Shown here in pieces: positions 46,627-56,040 of a stretch of 64,000 nucleotides of DNA (position 1 is its first letter; the number at the start of each line of letters is the position of its first letter). The notes under the pieces are model-generated. The model saw only the letters and a program-made list of their open reading frames with translations. It searched no databases and was not told the origin of the DNA. This stretch comes from Alphaproteobacteria bacterium (GTDB lineage: Bacteria > Pseudomonadota > Alphaproteobacteria > SMXQ01). Where the stretch lies: contig DASTMO010000020.1 in NCBI GenBank assembly GCA_035714115.1, forward strand, positions 6,073 to 70,072. Reading direction: 5' to 3'. A program made the translations under genes and the position numbers.

Positions 46627-46668
46627 TTCACGATTCGTTATGGCAGAAAGCTCTGTGCTTATCGAGCT

Positions 46669-48510
46669 TCAGCCCACGGCCTTGCGCTTCTCGCCCGACT
46701 CGAGACGCTGCACCAGCGCCTCATATTCTTTCCACAGCTCAGGCGGCAGCTTGTCGCCGAAGATCTTGTAGCCTTCGGGGATCAGCGCCGCTTCTTCCTT
46801 CCACACCTCGGTGTCGACGGTGAGCAGGAGATCGAGCTGCTCGTCGGTCAGGTCGAGGCCCGACACGTCGAGCGCCTCCTTGGTCGGCAGGCGGCCGATC
46901 GGGGTCTCCTGCGCGGCGGCGGTGCCGTCGAGACGCTCGCAGATCCACTTCAGAACGCGGCTGTTGTCGCCGAAGCCCGGCCACACGAACTTGCCCGCCT
47001 TATCCTTGCGGAACCAGTTCACGAAGTAGATGCGCGGCAGCTTGTCGGCGGCGGTCTTCTTGCCGGTCTTGAGCCAATGGCCGAAATAGTCGGCCATGTT
47101 GTAGCCGCAGAACGGCAGCATGGCGAACGGGTCGCGGCGGATCTCGCCGACCTTGTTCTCGGCCGCCGCCGTGCCTTCCGAGGCGACGTTGGAGGCGAGG
47201 AACACGCCGTGTTGCCAATCGAAGGCTTCGGTGACGAGCGGCACCGCGGTGGCGCGGCGGCCGCCGAACAGGATGGCCGAGATCGGCACGCCCTTCGGGT
47301 CGTTCCACTCCGGCGCGATGTTCGGGCACTGGCTGGCCGGCACGGTGAAGCGCGCGTTCGGATGGGCGGCGGCGGTGCCTTTTTCCGGCGACCAAGGATT
47401 GCCCTTCCAATCGGTCAGGCCGGCCGGCGGCTCCTTCGTCAGGCCTTCCCACCAGACGTCGTTGTCCGGCGTGAGGGCGACATTGGTGTAGACCGTGTTG
47501 GCATAGAGCGCGTCGATGGCGTTTTTGTTGGTCTTCGGGCTGGTGCCCGGCGCGACGCCGAACAGGCCGAATTCCGGATTGATCGCGTAGAGACGGCCAT
47601 CTTGGCCGTAACGCATCCAGCAGATGTCGTCGCCGATCATCTCGGCCTTCCAGCCGGGGATCGTCGGCTGCAGCATGGCGAGGTTGGTCTTGCCGCAAGC
47701 GCTCGGGAAGGCGGCGGCGATGTAGCGCACGACGCCCTTGGGCGAGGTGAGCTTCAAGATCAACATGTGCTCGGCGAACCAGCCTTCGTCGCGCGCCATC
47801 ACCGAGGCGATGCGCAGCGCGTAGCACTTCTTGCCGAGGAGGGCGTTGCCGCCGTAGCCCGAGCCGTAGGACCAGATCTCGCGCGTCTCGGGATAGTGCA
47901 CGATGTACTTGGTCTCGTTGCACGGCCAGGCGACGTCCTTCTCGCCGGGCTTCAGCGGCGCGCCGAGCGTGTGCACGGCCGGCACGAAGAAGCCGTCGGT
48001 GCCGAGCTGGTCGAGCGCGGCCTTGCCCATGCGCGTCATGATGCGCATCGAGGCGGCGACATAGGCGCTGTCGGTGATCTCGACGCCGAGCGCGCTGATC
48101 TTCGAGCCGATCGGGCCCATGCAGAAGGGCACGACGTACATCGTGCGGCCCTTCATGCAGCCGTCGAACAGCGGGGCCAGCGTCTTGCGCATCTCGGCCG
48201 GCGCCATCCAGTTGTTGGTCGGGCCGGCGTCTTCCTGCTTCTCGGAGCAGATGTAGGTGCGGCTCTCGACGCGGGCGACGTCGCGCGGGTCGGAGGCGGC
48301 GTAATAGGAATTGGGACGCTTGTCCGCGTTCAGCTCGCGCAGCGTGCCGGTGGCGAGCAGACGATCGACCAGGAGGTTGTACTCGGCATCCGAGCCGTCG
48401 CACCAATGCACGCTGTGGGGCTTGGTGATGGCGGCGATCTCGGCCACCCAGTCCACCAGCTTCTTATGATTGGTCGGCGCGGGGCTGAGGCCCGGAACGG
48501 AGGTCGTCAT
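46669..48510 (-). CDS. pckG: phosphoenolpyruvate carboxykinase (GTP)
   Basis: 613 aa with FPSACGKTN (kinase-1a) and [16 protein letters not shown] motifs, diagnostic of the GTP-dependent class. Confidence 0.93.
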   Translation of the reverse strand: MTTSVPGLSPAPTNHKKLVDWVAEIAAITKPHSVHWCDGSDAEYNLLVDRLLATGTLRELNADKRPNSYYAASDPRDVARVESRTYICSEKQEDAGPTNNWMAPAEMRKTLAPLFDGCMKGRTMYVVPFCMGPIGSKISALGVEITDSAYVAASMRIMTRMGKAALDQLGTDGFFVPAVHTLGAPLKPGEKDVAWPCNETKYIVHYPETREIWSYGSGYGGNALLGKKCYALRIASVMARDEGWFAEHMLILKLTSPKGVVRYIAAAFPSACGKTNLAMLQPTIPGWKAEMIGDDICWMRYGQDGRLYAINPEFGLFGVAPGTSPKTNKNAIDALYANTVYTNVALTPDNDVWWEGLTKEPPAGLTDWKGNPWSPEKGTAAAHPNARFTVPASQCPNIAPEWNDPKGVPISAILFGGRRATAVPLVTEAFDWQHGVFLASNVASEGTAAAENKVGEIRRDPFAMLPFCGYNMADYFGHWLKTGKKTAADKLPRIYFVNWFRKDKAGKFVWPGFGDNSRVLKWICERLDGTAAAQETPIGRLPTKEALDVSGLDLTDEQLDLLLTVDTEVWKEEAALIPEGYKIFGDKLPPELWKEYEALVQRLESGEKRKAVG

Positions 48511-49038
48511 TAACGCAGGTCTCCTAGACTGAAAAGCAATGGCCGGACGGCGCTTTGTCGCCTCGCCCCGTCCGGTCCGGGGCTAAAAAGCACGGCGCTG
48601 CCGCTGGCGTCAACGGACAGCAACGCAGACCTGACATAACCGAAAATGGCGGCTGACGGCTGCCTCTCGGTCCGATTCGGTTCTCTCTGGCAGTCGTCGC
48701 GCAAGTCCATGACATACGGGCAGCAAACACCAGATTCAAGAACCATTCGCAATGGTCATTTTAGAAGCAAAAACTGGGCGTTAGGCCGGTCTCTGCAAAG
48801 AGCGCAACGCCGTCCGGGCGAGCAAGGTCCGCGCTCGCCGAGGTTTTCCACAGTCATGGCCAATCGTGGCCGAAAATGGGATGGCGTTTCATCCACAGGA
48901 AAAATTTTTTGCTGCATTGCAGCATGGGGGCCGGGCCGGCGGGTTCGACAAAGGCGAATGAGTGAGTTTCGCAGTCCTTCGTTCCTGCGCCCCGTCTTCG
49001 CATGCTAAGGGCAATCAACGAACAATCAGAAGAAGCGC

Positions 49039-50478
49039 ATGTCTCAGCCTGGCTCTTCCCCCGCCGACGCGACTCCCGCCACTTATGCGGACCTCTTTCG
49101 CGGCGGCCGGGCGATCTACACGGTGATGATCATTCTCGGCGTGATCGTCCACGCCCTGCAGATTCTCGTCATGGCCATCATCATGCCGACGGTGGTGGCC
49201 GATATCGGCGGCGCGTCCTTCTACACCTGGGCGTCGATGCTCTATGCCGTCGGCGCGATTCTCGGCGCGGCGGCCATGGGGCCGGTCTGGCGCAAGTTCG
49301 GCCGCCGCAACGGCATGGCGCTGGCGGGGCTTGGCTTCATCGTCACTGCCATCGCCTGCGCCCTGGCGCCCGACATGGGCTCGCTGGTTGCCGCGCGCGG
49401 CCTGCAGGGCTTCTGCGGCGGGCTCGTGGTCGGCGGCAGCATGGATCTGGTGAGCGCGTTCTTCGCCGGCACCCAGCGCGCGCGCATCCTGTCGATCTAT
49501 CAGAGCACCTGGATGGTGGCGCAGCTGCTCGGGCCGGTGGTCGGCGGCGGCTTCGCCGACTTCGGCTGGTGGCGCGGCTCGTTTTGGACGATGCTGATCT
49601 TCCTCATTCCATTCAACCTGATGGTCTGGCTGCGGGTGCCGAAACACAGCCCGCTGACCGGCAAGGCGGCGACGGCCAGCTTCCCGGCCATGCGTTTCAT
49701 GCTGCTCAGCCTCGGCGTGCTCGCCATCGCCGGCGCGGGACCGGCCGACTCCAATCTGTTGCGCGCCGCTTTCATCCTCGTCGGCGTCGCGCTGGTCTGG
49801 CAGGCTTTCCGGCTCGATTCGCGCTCGGACAACCGGCTTTATCCGGCGGGGCTGCTGTCGCTGCGCTCGCCGGTCGGCCTGGCGCTCTGGATTATGTTCG
49901 TCGCCGGTCTGACGCAGACCGGCATTACCCTGTTCCTGCCGCTGCTCTTGCAGGTCGCTTATGGCGTGACGCCGCTGCTGATCAGCTATTTGACGATCCT
50001 GATCTCCGCCGGCTGGACCGTCGGCACTTTTTTCGTCGCTGGACTTACGGGGCGGCCCGAGGCAATCACGCTGCAGAGCGGACCGTTGATGATGCTGGGC
50101 GGCGCGTCGGCGCTGGTCGTCGGCACTTGGCTGATGTCGCTGCCGCTGCTCACGGCGGCCGCCTGCATTTACGGCCTCGGCATCGGCATTCATCACGTCA
50201 ATCTCTCCTCGCGCACCATGGCCTTCGCGCTGCCCGGCGAGGAAAGCATCACCGCATCGGCGCTGCCGTCGATCCGCTCGCTCGGCACCGCCTTCGGCGC
50301 CGCGACGTCAGGCCTTGTCGCCAACATGGCCGGCCTCGGCGCTTCGCGCGACGCCGAAACGGTGAGCCACGCTGCGGCGATGGTCTTCGCCGTGGGATTG
50401 GTGCCGTTGATCTGCGCAGCGCTGTTCATGGCGCGTTTTATCGCCAAGGGCGCTCCGCCGGCGACGGCGAAGGCTTAA
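49039..50478 (+). CDS. MFS transporter (DHA2/EmrB-like, about 14 TM)
   Basis: 479 aa with many TM segments and an MFS signature region (ARGLQGFCGG). Confidence 0.8.
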   Translation: MSQPGSSPADATPATYADLFRGGRAIYTVMIILGVIVHALQILVMAIIMPTVVADIGGASFYTWASMLYAVGAILGAAAMGPVWRKFGRRNGMALAGLGFIVTAIACALAPDMGSLVAARGLQGFCGGLVVGGSMDLVSAFFAGTQRARILSIYQSTWMVAQLLGPVVGGGFADFGWWRGSFWTMLIFLIPFNLMVWLRVPKHSPLTGKAATASFPAMRFMLLSLGVLAIAGAGPADSNLLRAAFILVGVALVWQAFRLDSRSDNRLYPAGLLSLRSPVGLALWIMFVAGLTQTGITLFLPLLLQVAYGVTPLLISYLTILISAGWTVGTFFVAGLTGRPEAITLQSGPLMMLGGASALVVGTWLMSLPLLTAAACIYGLGIGIHHVNLSSRTMAFALPGEESITASALPSIRSLGTAFGAATSGLVANMAGLGASRDAETVSHAAAMVFAVGLVPLICAALFMARFIAKGAPPATAKA

Positions 50479-50518
50479 GCCTCGTCGCTCGACTTGCGCG
50501 CGGTCGGAAGACTAGACT

Positions 50519-51874
50519 GTGAATATGAGCAGCCCAGCGTACAAACCGCAGCTTCGCCCTTATCTCGCCGCCACGGAAGCCTTCGTTCTCGGCAAGGACA
50601 GTCCGCGCGCCTTTCTCGAACGCTGCCTGGAGGTGATGGCGGCGATCGAGCCGGAGGTGCAGGCTTTCGAGGCGACGAACCTCGAGGCCGCGCGGGCCGC
50701 CGCAGATGCGGCGAGCGGGCGCTGGGCCGAAGGCCATCCGATCTCGCCGATCGACGGCATGCCGGTGGGCGTGAAGGACATCATCGAGACGGCGGATATG
50801 CCGACCGGCATGGGCTCGCCACTGTTCGCCGATTACCAGCCGCGCCACGATTCGGCATCGGTGCGCGCCTTGCGCGAGGCCGGAGCGGTCATCGTCGGCA
50901 AGACGGTGACGACCGAGTTCGCCGCCACCGAACCGGGCAAGACGCGCAATCCCTTCGACATCACCCGCACGCCGGGCGGCTCGAGCAGCGGCTCGGCCGC
51001 GGCGGTGGGGGCAGGGGTGCTCAGCGCGGCGCTCGGCACGCAAGTGGTCGGCTCCATCATCCGCCCGTCGAGCTATTGCGGCGCTTTCGGCTTCAAGCCC
51101 AGCCTCGGCGCGATCAATCGCGGCGGCAGCCTCGATTTCTTGAGCCAGAGCGTGCAGGGCGTCATCGGCGCCAGCCTGGAAGACACCTGGGCAGTCGCCT
51201 ATGGCGTGGCGGCGCGCGCGGGCGGCGATCCCGGATATGACGGTTTGATCGGTCCGGCCTCGCTGCCCAGCCTGCGCGCGCCCAAGCGCCTCGCGCTCTT
51301 GGAAACGCCGGGCTGGGAATTGGCGGAGGACGCCGCCAAGGCCGCTTTGATGAATGCCGTCGACATGATCGCGGCGACAGGCGTCGAGATCGTCACGCGC
51401 AAGCAGGATTCCGAGCTCGATTATATGGAGCGCGCATTGCGCGAGGCGTTCGAGCTGACGCGCCGCATCAACGCTTTCGAATCGCGCTGGCCGCTGAACG
51501 TCTTTTTCCAGCAGGACCAATACAAGCTGAGCAAGGCGATGCGCGACCGCCTCGTGCAGGCCTTGACGATCAAGCCCGAGCAGCATCGCGACGCGCTGAA
51601 ACGCCGCGCCACCATCCGCGCGCAATATGCGGCACTGATGGAGCGTTTCGACGGCTGCATCACACTGTCGGCCACTGGCCCGGCGCCGCGCGGCACATTG
51701 ACCGGCGATCCGATCTTCGCCGTGCCGGGCTCCATGCTTGGCGCGCCGGCCCTGTCGCTGCCGCTGTTCGCGGTCGACGGCCTGCCGCTCGGACTGCAAT
51801 TGCTCGGCGTGGCCGGTGGCGACGCGGCGGTTTTTTCAATCGCCGGATGCCTGCTGGGCATCTTGCAGCCTTAG
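50519..51874 (+). CDS. amidase-signature family amidase
   Basis: 451 aa with the GGSSSGSAAAV signature and a conserved GVKD lysine region. GTG start. Confidence 0.85.
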   Translation: MNMSSPAYKPQLRPYLAATEAFVLGKDSPRAFLERCLEVMAAIEPEVQAFEATNLEAARAAADAASGRWAEGHPISPIDGMPVGVKDIIETADMPTGMGSPLFADYQPRHDSASVRALREAGAVIVGKTVTTEFAATEPGKTRNPFDITRTPGGSSSGSAAAVGAGVLSAALGTQVVGSIIRPSSYCGAFGFKPSLGAINRGGSLDFLSQSVQGVIGASLEDTWAVAYGVAARAGGDPGYDGLIGPASLPSLRAPKRLALLETPGWELAEDAAKAALMNAVDMIAATGVEIVTRKQDSELDYMERALREAFELTRRINAFESRWPLNVFFQQDQYKLSKAMRDRLVQALTIKPEQHRDALKRRATIRAQYAALMERFDGCITLSATGPAPRGTLTGDPIFAVPGSMLGAPALSLPLFAVDGLPLGLQLLGVAGGDAAVFSIAGCLLGILQP

Positions 51875-51927
51875 CCTTTTCCTGGCCTATTGCAGCCTAC
51901 ACCCATCGCTGACGGAGCTTCCGCGAT

Positions 51928-52851
51928 ATGAAACTCGCCGTGCCCGATCTCATCTCGAATTCCTATTTCCCGGCTGTCGCCGCCGTCGAACTCGGCTTCT
52001 TCGCCAAAGAGGGGCTCGATGTCGAATTCGAGATGATCTTTCCGGTCGATCGGGCCTATCGCGAGCTGCGTGACGGCAACATCCACTTCGTCGGCGGCTC
52101 CTCGCATTCGGCGCTCGCCGCCTTTCCCGAATGGCAAGGCGTCAAACTGCTCTGCGCCCAAGCGCAAGGGATGTACTGGTTCCTCGTCATGCGCGCCGAT
52201 CTGAAGGCTGCGCGCGGCGATCTGTCGGTGGTGAAGGGCAAGAGTATCGGCGCCGCGCCCTGGGTCGAGATGGGCCTGCGCGGCCTGTTGAAGGCCGGCG
52301 GCATCGATATCGCGCGCGACAAGGTCACCATCGCTCCGGTGCCGGGCGCGGTCGGCGCGGGCGTGAACTTCGGCGTCACGGCGGCCAAGGCGCTGGCCGA
52401 GGGCAAGATCGACGGCTTCTGGGCCAATGGCATGGGCACGGAGGTGGCGGTCAAAAGCGGCGCCGGCACGGTGGTGCTCGACGTGCGGCGCGGCGACGGC
52501 CCGAAGGAGTGCTTCGACTACACCATGGCCTCGCTTGCCACGACGGAAGCGTTGATCCAGGCCAATCCCAAGCTGGCCGGCGCGGCGGTGCGCGCGATCA
52601 AGCAGACCCACGCGGCCCTCAAAGCCGATCCGTCGCTCGCCACCAAGGTCGGGCAGAAACATTTCCCGGCCTCCGAAGCGGAGTTGATCGCTGAACTGAT
52701 CCGCCGCGATCTGCCCTATTACGATCCGGTGATTTCCGAGAGCTTCGTCGCCGGCATGAACGCCTTCTCGCGCGACATCGGCATCCTCAAGGGCTCGCCG
52801 AGCTACGACGATGTCGTGTCGAAAGACGCGCGCGCCCACTGGGGCGCATAA
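51928..52851 (+). CDS. NMT1/THI5-like (NitT/TauT-type) binding-protein homologue with no signal peptide
   Basis: 307 aa. It starts MKLAVPDLISNSYFPAVAA with no hydrophobic leader. The last 12 codons lie in the first unit of a tandem repeat. Confidence 0.7.
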   Translation: MKLAVPDLISNSYFPAVAAVELGFFAKEGLDVEFEMIFPVDRAYRELRDGNIHFVGGSSHSALAAFPEWQGVKLLCAQAQGMYWFLVMRADLKAARGDLSVVKGKSIGAAPWVEMGLRGLLKAGGIDIARDKVTIAPVPGAVGAGVNFGVTAAKALAEGKIDGFWANGMGTEVAVKSGAGTVVLDVRRGDGPKECFDYTMASLATTEALIQANPKLAGAAVRAIKQTHAALKADPSLATKVGQKHFPASEAELIAELIRRDLPYYDPVISESFVAGMNAFSRDIGILKGSPSYDDVVSKDARAHWGA

Positions 52852-52930
52852 AAGCTGTCGAAAGACGCGCGCGCCCACTGGGGCGCATAACAAACTGTCG
52901 AAAGACGCGCGGGCCCACTGGGGCGACTGA
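52817..52930. repeat. tandem triplication of a 35-nt hairpin-containing unit (period 39-40 bp)
   Basis: TGTCGAAAGACGCGCGCGCCCACTGGGGCGCATAA at 52817-52851 and 52856-52890 are identical. The third copy at 52896-52930 has 3 changes. Each unit carries the hairpin GCGCCC actg GGGCGC and a stop codon. Confidence 0.9.
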
Positions 52931-53030
52931 GCCACGACGGGCAAGCTCATCCTGGTCCCCTAGGCTTCGCCAAGGCATGGCCTTATAGTCTGGCCGGGCA
53001 GGATCGCCCGCGTCAGCCTCAGGTGCCGTC

Positions 53031-54863
53031 TTGGATTCGCTGCTTATTCCCATCGTCGTTCTTTTGGTCGCGGCCATCATCGCCGTGCCCTTCGCCAAGC
53101 GCCTCGGCATCGGCAGCATCATCGGCTATCTGATCGCCGGCATCGTCATCGGCCCGGCCGGCTTCGGCCTGATTCGCGACACCGAAAGCGCCAGCCACGT
53201 TTCCGAGCTGGGCGTGGTCATGCTGCTGTTTCTCATCGGCCTGGAGCTGAAACCGGCGCGCCTGTGGGTCATGCGGCGGGTGGTTTTCATGTTCGGCGGC
53301 GCGCAAGTGGCGCTGACAACGGCGCTCTTCGCCGGTCTCGCCTATTGGCTCGGCTTCGCTTTGCCGGTCGCGCTGGTCATCGCTCTCGGTCTCGCCATGT
53401 CCTCGACCGCCCTGGTGCTGCCGATGCTGGCGGAGCGCGAACTGCTGGCCCAGCCGCCGGGGCGCGATGGCCTCGGCATCCTGCTGTTCCAGGACCTCGC
53501 CTTCATTCCCATCGTCGCCCTGCTGCCGTTCCTGGCGTCGGGCGAGGGGGCGGTGACGCCGGATTGGCAGAGCGTCGTCATCGGCTTTGCCTGCGTCGCC
53601 GGCATCTTCCTCGGCGGCCGCTATCTGGTCCGCCCGCTGTTCTACCTCGCCGATATGGTCAAGACGCGCGAGCTTTACACCGCCATCGCGCTCTTGATGG
53701 TGACCGGCACCGCGCTGCTCGCCGATGTGGCGGGTCTCTCCATGTCGCTCGGCGCCTTTCTCGCCGGCGTCATGCTGTCGGATTCGGAGTATCGCCATGA
53801 GATCCAGGCGGACATCGAGCCATTCGAAGGGCTGCTGCTCGGCCTGTTCTTCGCGTCGATGGGGATGTCGCTGGAAACGCAGCTGCTGATCAGCGCGCCG
53901 TTGACCGTTCTCGGCGGCGTCGCCGTGCTGATCGCCGGCAAGGCGGCATTGGTTTTCGGCCTCGCCAAGCTGGCCGGGCAGGACAATCTGTCGGCCAACC
54001 GCACCGCCTTGGCTCTGGCGCAGGGTGGCGAATTCGCGCTGGTTCTGTTCGGCTTCGCGGTGGGCGAGGGCATCCTGCCGACAGCGCTCTCCTCGCAGCT
54101 TTCCATGATCGTCATTCTGTCGATGATCCTGACACCGCCGCTGTTCGCGCTGCATGAATCCTGGGTAATGCCGCGTTTCAAGCGCACGGAGGCGCCCGAT
54201 TACGACAGCATCGAGGACGATCATCCGGAGGTCATCATCTGCGGCTTCGGCCGCGTCGGCCAGATCGTCGGCCGCGTCTTGCGCATGCGCGGTGTGTCCT
54301 TCACGGCGCTCGATAACTCCGCCGAGCAGGTCGACGTGATTCGCCGCTTCGGCGGCAAGGTCTATTTCGGCGATGCCGGCCGCGTCGATCTCCTGCGCTC
54401 AGCGGGCGCTGATGCGGCCAAAGTCGTCGTCGTCGCCATTTCCAATCAGAACGCCTCGATCCGCGTCGTCGACACCTTGCAGCGCCACTATCCGCATCTG
54501 CGGATTTATGCTCGTGCGCGTAACCGCCGCCATGCCCATTTGCTGATGGACCGCGACATCGCCGGCCATGTGCGTGAGACGCTCTATTCCAGCCTGTTTC
54601 TGTCGGAACAGTTGCTCATCGAATTGGGCATCAACCGCGAGGACGCGCGAGTTAGCTTGCGCCGCTTCCTGGCCCACGACGAAAAGACGCTGATCGAGCA
54701 GCATGCCGTCTATCAGGACGAGGTGCAGATGATCCAGACCTCGCGCCAAGCGGTGGAGGAATTGGAAAGCTTGCTGCGGTCCGACACCGAAGATCAGCAG
54801 GATGTGCGCGGCGAAGGACCGGAAGCGCCTCTCGCGCTCGGCGAGTCCGTCCGCAAATCTTAG
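53031..54863 (+). CDS. CPA2 family K+/H+ antiporter (KefB/KefC-like) with RCK/TrkA-N domain
   Basis: 610 aa with a 12-13 TM Na_H_exchanger core followed by VIICGFGRVGQIVGR (Rossmann/RCK). TTG start. Confidence 0.88.
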   Translation: MDSLLIPIVVLLVAAIIAVPFAKRLGIGSIIGYLIAGIVIGPAGFGLIRDTESASHVSELGVVMLLFLIGLELKPARLWVMRRVVFMFGGAQVALTTALFAGLAYWLGFALPVALVIALGLAMSSTALVLPMLAERELLAQPPGRDGLGILLFQDLAFIPIVALLPFLASGEGAVTPDWQSVVIGFACVAGIFLGGRYLVRPLFYLADMVKTRELYTAIALLMVTGTALLADVAGLSMSLGAFLAGVMLSDSEYRHEIQADIEPFEGLLLGLFFASMGMSLETQLLISAPLTVLGGVAVLIAGKAALVFGLAKLAGQDNLSANRTALALAQGGEFALVLFGFAVGEGILPTALSSQLSMIVILSMILTPPLFALHESWVMPRFKRTEAPDYDSIEDDHPEVIICGFGRVGQIVGRVLRMRGVSFTALDNSAEQVDVIRRFGGKVYFGDAGRVDLLRSAGADAAKVVVVAISNQNASIRVVDTLQRHYPHLRIYARARNRRHAHLLMDRDIAGHVRETLYSSLFLSEQLLIELGINREDARVSLRRFLAHDEKTLIEQHAVYQDEVQMIQTSRQAVEELESLLRSDTEDQQDVRGEGPEAPLALGESVRKS

Positions 54864-55040
54864 CTACGCCTGGGGCGGCACGTTCTGAGGCGGCGGCTCG
54901 ATCGGCGGCGCTTCATTGGGCGGCTGCGGCGCTGGAACTTCGTTCGGCGGCGCTTCGGCCGGTTGCGGCGGATTGAGCGGCGGCGCGCGCTCGGGCGGCG
55001 GCACGTTCGGTTCCTGCACTGGCTGAATTTCGTCAGGCAT
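54864..55040 (-). CDS. proline-rich microprotein (58 aa), hypothetical
   Basis: AGGAG sits 6 nt upstream of the ATG at 55040. The product MPDEIQPVQEPNVPPPERAPPLNPPQPAEAPPNEVPAPQPPNEAPPIEPPPQNVPPQA is very Pro-rich with PPNE(V/A)P repeats. It fills an otherwise empty 259-nt gap. Confidence 0.45.
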   Translation of the reverse strand: MPDEIQPVQEPNVPPPERAPPLNPPQPAEAPPNEVPAPQPPNEAPPIEPPPQNVPPQA

Positions 55041-55066
55041 GATCATCTCCTGCTGTTGCTGATATA

Positions 55067-55093
55067 GGAACGATCTGCTTAGCGATCTGTTCT
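55067..55093. promoter_or_regulatory. overlapping divergent EcfG-like promoters (plus GGAAC-N16-TGTT toward the SDR; minus AGAAC-N16-CGTT toward the Pro-rich ORF)
   Basis: The sequence GGAACGATCTGCTTAGCGATCTGTTCT reads as a near-consensus motif on both strands. Confidence 0.45.
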
Positions 55094-55122
55094 TCCTTTT
55101 TATTTTGCGAAGGAGAGCAGCA

Positions 55123-55974
55123 ATGGCCGAGCAGCAGCGGGAACCGCAGCATCAGGATCATCAGCCCGGCGAGCGCGATGAAATGTCGCCGCCGCCGAAC
55201 GACAATGCTTCGTCCTACAAGGGCAGCGGCAAGCTGACGGGCAAGGCTGCCATCATCACCGGCGGGGACAGCGGCATCGGCCGTTCGACGGCGATTTCCT
55301 TCGCCAAGGAAGGCGCCGATGTCTGCATCGTCTATCTTGAAGAGGACAAGGACGCCGAGGAAACCGAGCGGTTGGTGCGTAAAGCCGGCGGTCAAGCGCT
55401 GTTGATGCGCGGCGACATCTGCGACCGCGACTTTTGCATTAAGGCGGTCGAGGCTGCGGCCGAGGAGTTCGGCGGCTTGGACATCGTCGTTAACAACGCG
55501 GCCGTGCAATATCCCGAAGAAGATTTCCTTGCCATCAAGCCGGAAAATCTCGAACGCACATACCAAACGAACATTCTGGCGATGTTCCATGTGACGCAGG
55601 CGGCCTTGCCGCATTTGCGCGAGAAGGGCTGCGTCATCAACACGGCCTCCATCACGGCCTTTCAGGGTAATCCCAAGCTGATCGATTATTCATCGACCAA
55701 GGGGGCCATCGTCTCTTTCACCCGAGCGCTTGCCAAATCGCTGGTGAAGAAAGGCATTCGCGTGAACGCCGTCGCGCCGGGGCCGGTCTGGACGCCGCTC
55801 ATTCCATCGTCCTTCGATGCTGACGATGTCGCCAAATTCGGCAGCGACAATCCCATGGGCCGCGCCGCCAAAGCCGACGAAATCTCCCCGGCCTTCGTGT
55901 TTCTCGCCTCGGCTGACGCGAATTTCATCACGGGACAGATCATCCACATCAATGGCGGGGAATTCTTAGGTTAG
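55123..55974 (+). CDS. SDR family oxidoreductase, YghA/YdaD (general stress protein 39)-like
   Basis: The charged N-terminal extension followed by GKAAIITGGDSGIGRS and YSSTKGA is the typical architecture of the YghA/YdaD subgroup. RBS AGGAG. Confidence 0.88.
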   Translation: MAEQQREPQHQDHQPGERDEMSPPPNDNASSYKGSGKLTGKAAIITGGDSGIGRSTAISFAKEGADVCIVYLEEDKDAEETERLVRKAGGQALLMRGDICDRDFCIKAVEAAAEEFGGLDIVVNNAAVQYPEEDFLAIKPENLERTYQTNILAMFHVTQAALPHLREKGCVINTASITAFQGNPKLIDYSSTKGAIVSFTRALAKSLVKKGIRVNAVAPGPVWTPLIPSSFDADDVAKFGSDNPMGRAAKADEISPAFVFLASADANFITGQIIHINGGEFLG

Positions 55975-55983
55975 CCGACCGCA

Positions 55984-56009
55984 GGAACCGCGCAGCGACG
56001 CTTTGCGTT
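55984..56009 (+). promoter_or_regulatory. EcfG-type promoter (GGAAC-N17-CGTT) upstream of ligD
   Basis: GGAAC cgcgcagcgacgctttg CGTT, 32 nt from the ATG at 56041. Confidence 0.6.
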
Positions 56010-56040
56010 ATCCTAGGTTCGAGCAACGAGGATCGGCGCT

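Noticed and set aside
52817-52930. Possible CRISPR array
   Set aside because: It has only three units with 4-5 nt linkers rather than 25-40 nt unique spacers. There are no cas genes, and the first unit is coding sequence.
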